A stretch of DNA of 64,000 bases from Basidiobolus meristosporus CBS 931.73 (lineage: Eukaryota > Fungi > Basidiobolomycota): the NCBI GenBank assembly GCA_002104905.1, contig MCFE01000434.1, positions 1 to 64,000 on the forward strand, read 5' to 3'. This document shows, piece after piece, positions 56,768 through 64,000 of the stretch (positions are counted from its first letter, which is position 1; every line of letters begins with the position of its first letter). The notes beneath the pieces were generated by a model that searched no databases, was not told where the DNA came from, and saw only the letters and a list, made by a program, of their open reading frames with translations. Made by a program: the position numbers and the translations under genes.

Positions 56768-57644
56768 ATTTCTCTGTACTATTATATCGGACATCATATT
56801 TTGTAATAAAGTTCATTTGTATTCAAAGTTCATCATTTGAAGGTTCACTGCATTTGGCTTTACCGAGAGTGGGCAAAATAATTCATTTGATTACCTTAAG
56901 CTGTAGTTCACGTATTATTGCGTACGGCAATGCCAAGTAGGTGGTCCACCCAAAGAGCCGGCATGCCCGGAACCTTCCGACATAGGATAATGGATAAATT
57001 ACGAGAATACTCGGAGAGGCGCGAGTACTATTTAGGTACGCAGATCGTATATTGGCTGAGGTAATTAATCGGGGTATCGGGTAACTCCGTGTCGGCTGGG
57101 AATTTATAAAGAAATATGATGTGCAACCCTGTAGCCCTGGCCAACCCGTTAATTCTCACTGAAAAAAGAGATTTAGATTGCCACACTGATTCGGCCAAAA
57201 TTTCCATTTTCAGCGAGGGGACGTGTATATGGGCAAACCCAGTGTTTGCATGATCTCATCATGGCATACCATTTGGGATGTTTTCTCTTGCTTAATTCCA
57301 TGATTTGGCGATCGGTGGATTTTTGCCAAATGTTCAGTAGAACTCGCATGACCGTAAACCATCAATCATGTGCCTGGTGTAAAAAAATCCAGTTAGTCCC
57401 TTAAGCTGCTTCTGACGGCAGCAACAAATCAAATTTTGGATCAATAAAGATAAATTACATTAGTCTTTCTCCATACTGTTCCCGATAAAGAATCAAGATA
57501 ATGATCATTTGTACATTGCCGTAATTTCTTTCTTTTTCCACATGAAATGTGAGCCTTGGTATAATCCTGTTCTCGATATGCGATAAGAAATTGATATAAA
57601 TATGCACGCCAGGGCATCCAAACGGTATAGCTCCTCAAGTAAAC

Positions 57645-59115
<1,471 letters not shown>

Positions 59116-59330
59116 ATTTTTGAACAGATTACTTGAAGCTCAAGATATATTCCACATGTAATTATATAAATTAGCAATAAATTAAACAGCATCAAATTGT
59201 AATCCCAATTGGTCATATAAATTCCCGGAAATTGATTTATTAGCGGTTGATTATCGTTTACCCAATGTGTGAAGTTTAGATCAAGTTCTTTTCTCCGAGG
59301 CCGGATAGATACTTTTGTGTCTGTATTAAA

Positions 59331-59840
59331 TCATACTAAACAAAGTTCAACAGTTGGAATCTTCCGAAGGAGGGTACAGAAACTTTTACCTTCCAAGAAA
59401 TCCGCCGCCATCAGAAGTTCCAACGCGATCTCAGGTTCGATCTTGGAACCGAAATCCGGCATCTCTGAGGTCGAGTTGGTGTATTTCAGCTTGTAATAAA
59501 GGTATTGGCACACCCTCTCCAGGATCACCGCCCTGGTGAAGAAATTCGTCTATTTTAGCCCAGTTCGATGTGCGCTACCGGATTGTCAACGAGTTACCTA
59601 ATCTCGCGGAAGTGGATCTCATTCTCCAAGGACTCGGTAAACGGGCCTGGTTGGTTTGTATTCGTTAGTTTGGGGGTTTCCTTCTTTTTTTTGGCTTGGT
59701 GTCTCGTAGAGCGTACCATTCGAGCTTAACATGTTCCGAATCGTCCCTGATCCTAGGGCCGCTTGTTTGCTAATGTGAAATTCGAACCCGTCGGAGCTTG
59801 TTAGAGTTACGAAGGTGGTATCTTGGCTTTCTTCAGTCAT
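59331..59840 (-). CDS. ELC1: Elongin C, multi-exon
   Basis: [62 protein letters not shown]; terminal intron gives FLE|V-stop at 59331. Confidence 0.9.
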
Positions 59841-60099
59841 GTGGAAGCTTGCAAAGGTGAGGTCACGATGACTGTCTTGTGGTGATAATCCATTTTGTAT
59901 CATGTGATTTGGGAGGGCATGCCCGATCAAATAGCATGCAATGGCTGGTATCCGATAATTGAGTTCATTCCCTCCATACATGCCGCAGATCTAATCATTA
60001 TATTTTTATATTTGACTCTGGCTAGTGGTTTTGTGAGGTATCTGTAATCACTTCATCTGTAGGACAGTAAACTAAGTTGTTCCCTATAGCTTTCCATAT

Positions 60100-60770
60100 G
60101 AAATGATATCTAACATCTAAGTGCGCAGTTCCTGCATAAAAAGCTGGATTTCTCACTAATTGTATATATTCTTGATTATCTTGAAATATAGTAGTTGGGT
60201 GTATTTGATATAATCATAAATCTTTGAGGAGCTTCCACAGCCACATTGTCTCTTTTGTGGCCTCCCAAGCTGCTATATAATCTGCCTCTGTGGCCCAAAA
60301 TGCTGTGGTAGACTGCTTTCTTGAATTCCATGATATTTCTCCTTTGTAGTGAAGAAAGCTGTATCCTGTGGTGGTTCCTCTGTGTACTGATTCTTTCCCA
60401 AATCTGTATCAAAGTAACCCATCAGGCTGGCCCATATAAGCATTTTCATGAAGTCCCTCATTTGAGAATGCAGCTCTGATATTCATTTGATGAGTTGAAC
60501 ACTTACATCGGGATGCAACAGCCTATATTTACTTGTGGAGTTGGACTTGATTACCGGTGCCCAGGCTTCTGTGTAGTCTAAATATTGATTTAGGGTTAGT
60601 TACTGCCTGGAGCTCATTTACATGGAATGAGTAGCATTGGCTAGGTTTGGACCCTAGTTTATATTGTTGTTTAGGCTACTTCAATTCAGTTTGAACTTTT
60701 TTTTGTATTTAACTCTCAAATTCAACCTATTTCTGATCATTATGCTCAAGTACTCAGAGCTAATGTGTCC
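60100..60770 (-). mobile_element. Degenerate copia RT/RNase H fragment
   Basis: LMGYFDTDLGK...RNIMEFKKAVYHSI...VAVEAPQ resembles copia RNase H (GY.D.DW...SW.SKKQ..VA.S..EAEY); CpG-poor. Confidence 0.7.
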
Positions 60771-60774
60771 ATAT

Positions 60775-61740
60775 TGCTGTAAGAGTCTTGGAGATATTGG
60801 AAGTAATGTGCAAACAAGTAGATTGTGTGGTTTCTCTTAGTGATTTATTGAATGTAAAAGTAGTGTTTGTACTATTGCATGCTACTGGCATACCAAGCAC
60901 ATATAATATGCTTAGGAAGGCTCCAAGAGCATGTGTGCAAAGTTTGGAGCTGTTTGGATAACTTTAAGAATTATCAAGTTCTGGGTACCTGATATTTTAG
61001 TAAAAATATTTTAAGTAAATCACAACAAGGAATTTGGTCATTATTCTCTAGGATATGTAGGTAATGATCCAAGTGACTAGGTTGGGTGAGTATTTAGGCG
61101 GAATTACAAGTGTTGCTAACACTTTCACTCAACTAAATGCTCATACTGACCAGTCCTTATTGTGACCTAAGATATTGAAATTTGTCTCTAGCTAATGGAA
61201 TGGTAAATATGTCCGCAATCATCGCATCTGTAGAAGAGTAAAATAACTGAACTAAGTTCTTCTCTATAGCTTCATGAATGAAATAATGTCTGATCTCTAT
61301 GTGCTTGTATCTAGCATGAAAAGCAGGATTTTTACTTATTCATATACATCCTTGATTTTCTTAAAATGATCTAATAATTAACTTTTGACATAAGTCAAAG
61401 TACTTGAAAGGAGTTCTTACCCACTTTACTTCTTCTGTAGCCTCACAGGCTGCCATATTTTCTGCTTCTGTTATGGAAAGTGCTACAGTTGGTTGCTTTC
61501 TTGAATTCCATGATATTGCTGCTTTGCAGTAGAGAAAGGTATAACCTGTTGTGAATCTTCTGTCTTTGGACATTTGTCCCCAACCAGCACCAGAGTATTT
61601 CACAAGATCCTGTTTTGTATTTTTATACTTGTACCTCAAGCAGACATCAGCAGCCTCTTTTTACGCGGCTAAAAGTCTGCTTAACTACTGCAATATGATC
61701 AGATCTATAGTTCTGATTATGCTGGCTGACAACCCTCACC
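60775..61740 (-). mobile_element. 3' end of a minus-strand copia element: RNase H, PPT and 3' LTR (60775-61121)
   Basis: ORF 61361-61639 has YSGAGWGQMSKDRRFTTGY...SWNSRKQPTVALSITEAE; minus-strand AGTTGAGTGAAAG PPT abuts the LTR that aligns with 1321-1668. Confidence 0.85.
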
Positions 61741-61890
61741 AAATGAGATATCTTGACATGTTCCAAGCATGATATACATCAGACTGCCAGCCATAGGTTG
61801 GTAGGGGTATCCTGGGCTTTAAGGTGGCACCAAGCTCTTTTGATTTGTTTGAGTTTGGACTAAGCTGAGGTTTGTCTCCATTGTGGTAGC

Positions 61891-62239
61891 TGTTGTAAGA
61901 GTCTTGGAGATATTGGAAGTGATTGGGAGAACAAGTAGATAATGTGGTTTTCACTTAATGATTTATTGAATGTAAAAGTAGTATTTATACTTTTACCAGG
62001 TCTTGGCATTACAAACACATAGAATAGGTTAAGGAAGGTCCCAAGAGCATGTGTGCAAAGTTTGGGGCTGTTTGGACAATTTTGAGAATTTTCATGTTCT
62101 GGATACCTGGTATTTTGGTGAAAATATTCTAAGTAAATCCCAACAAGGAATTTGGTCAGTATTCTCTAGGATTTGAAGGTAATGATCTAAGTGACTAAGT
62201 TAGGTGAATATTTAGGTGGAAATACAAATTTTTACAACA
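61891..62239 (-). repeat. Solo LTR (349 bp) with 5-bp target-site duplication GTAGC
   Basis: TGTTGTAA...TTACAACA flanked by GTAGC at 61886-61890 and 62240-62244. Confidence 0.92.
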
Positions 62240-62266
62240 GTAGCTACCAGTTTACAGTCTTTGAAA

Positions 62267-64000
62267 TGTAGTAAAAAGTTGTAATTGCATCCAAATACTC
62301 ACCAAGCATGGTCACTTAGATCATTACCTACATATCCTAGATAACACTGACCAAATTTTTTGTTAAGATTTACTTAAAATATTTCTACCATGATATCAGG
62401 TACAGAGAACATGAAAATTCTCAATGTAGTCCAAGCAGCCCCATACTTTGCACACATGTTCTTCTAACCTTCCTAAGCCTATTATATGTGCTTGGTATGT
62501 CAAGATCATGTAATAGTATAAACAATACACTTACACTCAATAAACAATTGAGTGATAACCACAAAATCTACAAGCTCTATAATCACCAGATGGGTGTTGA
62601 AGTGCATTTTTTAATGGAGAACTTGATGAAGACATTACATGGACCAGCCTGATGGGTTTGCTGACCAAGATTAACCTCAAATGGTTTGCAAGCTTAAAAA
62701 TCTTTATATGACTTCAATCAACCATCAAGAGACCGGAATTAAGATATAGATCCTTATTTGGAATCTTTGAGTTTCCTAAGAAGTGCTGCTGACTATAGTA
62801 TCTAATCTAGGCTAGACAAAGCAAATGCACTTCTATTGGCACTATATGTTGGTGACCCTGTTATAGCCACCAATAACCAATATACACTGGAAGTTACTGA
62901 ATCTAGCCTATCTAAGGAGTCCAAGACATCCAGTCTTGGAAAACTCAGTTACTACTTGGGAATAAAGCTCTCCATAGACAGAAGTACCCAGACTATAACC
63001 CCAAGCCAGTCCAAGTATACTCAAGACTTACACAACAAGTACCAAATGGAAGACTTTATCTGGCAGCAACCTCAATAGAGACAACTCTTGAGTTGTTCAA
63101 AACTCAACCAAATCAAGAGCACTTAGTGCCATCTGAAAGCTCATAATTCCCTTACCAGTCTATAGTTGGCAGTTTGCTGCATATCATGCTTGGAACTGGT
63201 TCAGATATTTTCATATTCAGTGGGAGTTGTCAGCTAGCATAGTCAGAACTATTGGCCTGATTATATTGCAGAAATTAAGCAGATTTTTAGATACCTAAAA
63301 GAAATTGAGATATATGCTTAAGATTCACCTATAAGGATGCAGAACACAATTTTATGGGATACTCTGCTGCTGATTGGGGACAAAGCTCCAAAGATAGAAG
63401 ATCCATCACAACATACACCTTTGATTACTGTAAAGAAGCAATTTCATGGGAGCCAAGAAAGCAACCAACCATATCACTTTCCACCACAGAGGCAAAGTAT
63501 ATGGCAGCCTATGTAGCTACAAAAGAAGCAATGTGGCTAAGAAAGCTTGCAAAGACTTAGGCTTATGTCAAATAACACCTATAAATCTATTTCAAGATAA
63601 TCAAGGATGCATACAATCAGGTAGATATCCTACTTTTTGTGCTGGAAGTAAGCACATAGATATTTGGCATCATTTCATATGAGAAGCTATAGAGAATAAC
63701 TTGGTTGACTTAGCTTACTGTCTTACTGATGAAATGATTGCAGACATAGTTACCAAACCATTAGCTAGAGACAAATTGGAATATCTTAGGTCATAACTAG
63801 CACTAGTCAGTATGAGCATTTAGTTGAGTGGGGGTGTTATAAAAGCTTGTCATTACACGTAAATATACACCCAGCTTAGTCACATAGATCTTTACCTACA
63901 AATCTAAGAGAATACTGACCAAATTCCTAATAAGGATCTACTATGAGTATTTTCACCAAAATATCAAGTATCTACTTCATAATAATTTTCAAAGTTATCC
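62267..64000 (+). mobile_element. Internally deleted plus-strand copia element: truncated LTR, RT, RNase H, PPT, start of 3' LTR at about 63836
   Basis: 62267-62575 is the reverse complement of the family LTR; then QMD/VKSAFLNGELDE-like RT, GYSAADWGQSSKDRRSITTY...STTEAKY RNase H, AGTTGAGTGGGGG PPT followed by TGTTATAAAA. Confidence 0.85.

Overview
Eukaryotic genomic DNA, most consistent with an early-diverging fungus (short 50-140 nt GT-AG introns with CTAAC-type branch points, TATA boxes, a WNK kinase, animal/protist-type glutamate dehydrogenases; the exact taxon cannot be determined from sequence alone). Both ends are degenerate, strongly CpG-depleted Ty1/copia islands of one family (1-1668 and about 60.1-64 kb, including a solo LTR with a perfect GTAGC target-site duplication). 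Between them lie an accessory-looking trio (AAA+ ATPase, cytochrome P450, atypical serine-dehydratase-like PLP enzyme), a housekeeping backbone (LEA1/U2A', TCP1, DUF2358-like, CDC42, WNK, PX-domain protein, Pho80-like cyclin, RPC31, La/LARP7-like, MBP1-like, PRP18, ELC1) and two six-copy tandem arrays: six PiT/PHO89 phosphate transporters (25.7-38.8 kb) and six glutamate dehydrogenases (46.0-59.1 kb). In both arrays the coding sequences are near-identical mosaics while the spacers have largely diverged (concerted evolution). The most striking unexplained signal is a fixed-spacing composite promoter module, CCAAT-N20-CGTGGTTAC followed about 100 bp later by GTAAC-N10-CCAAT, kept in five otherwise mostly unalignable PHO89 promoters; the GDH spacers are separately enriched for TCATGTG.
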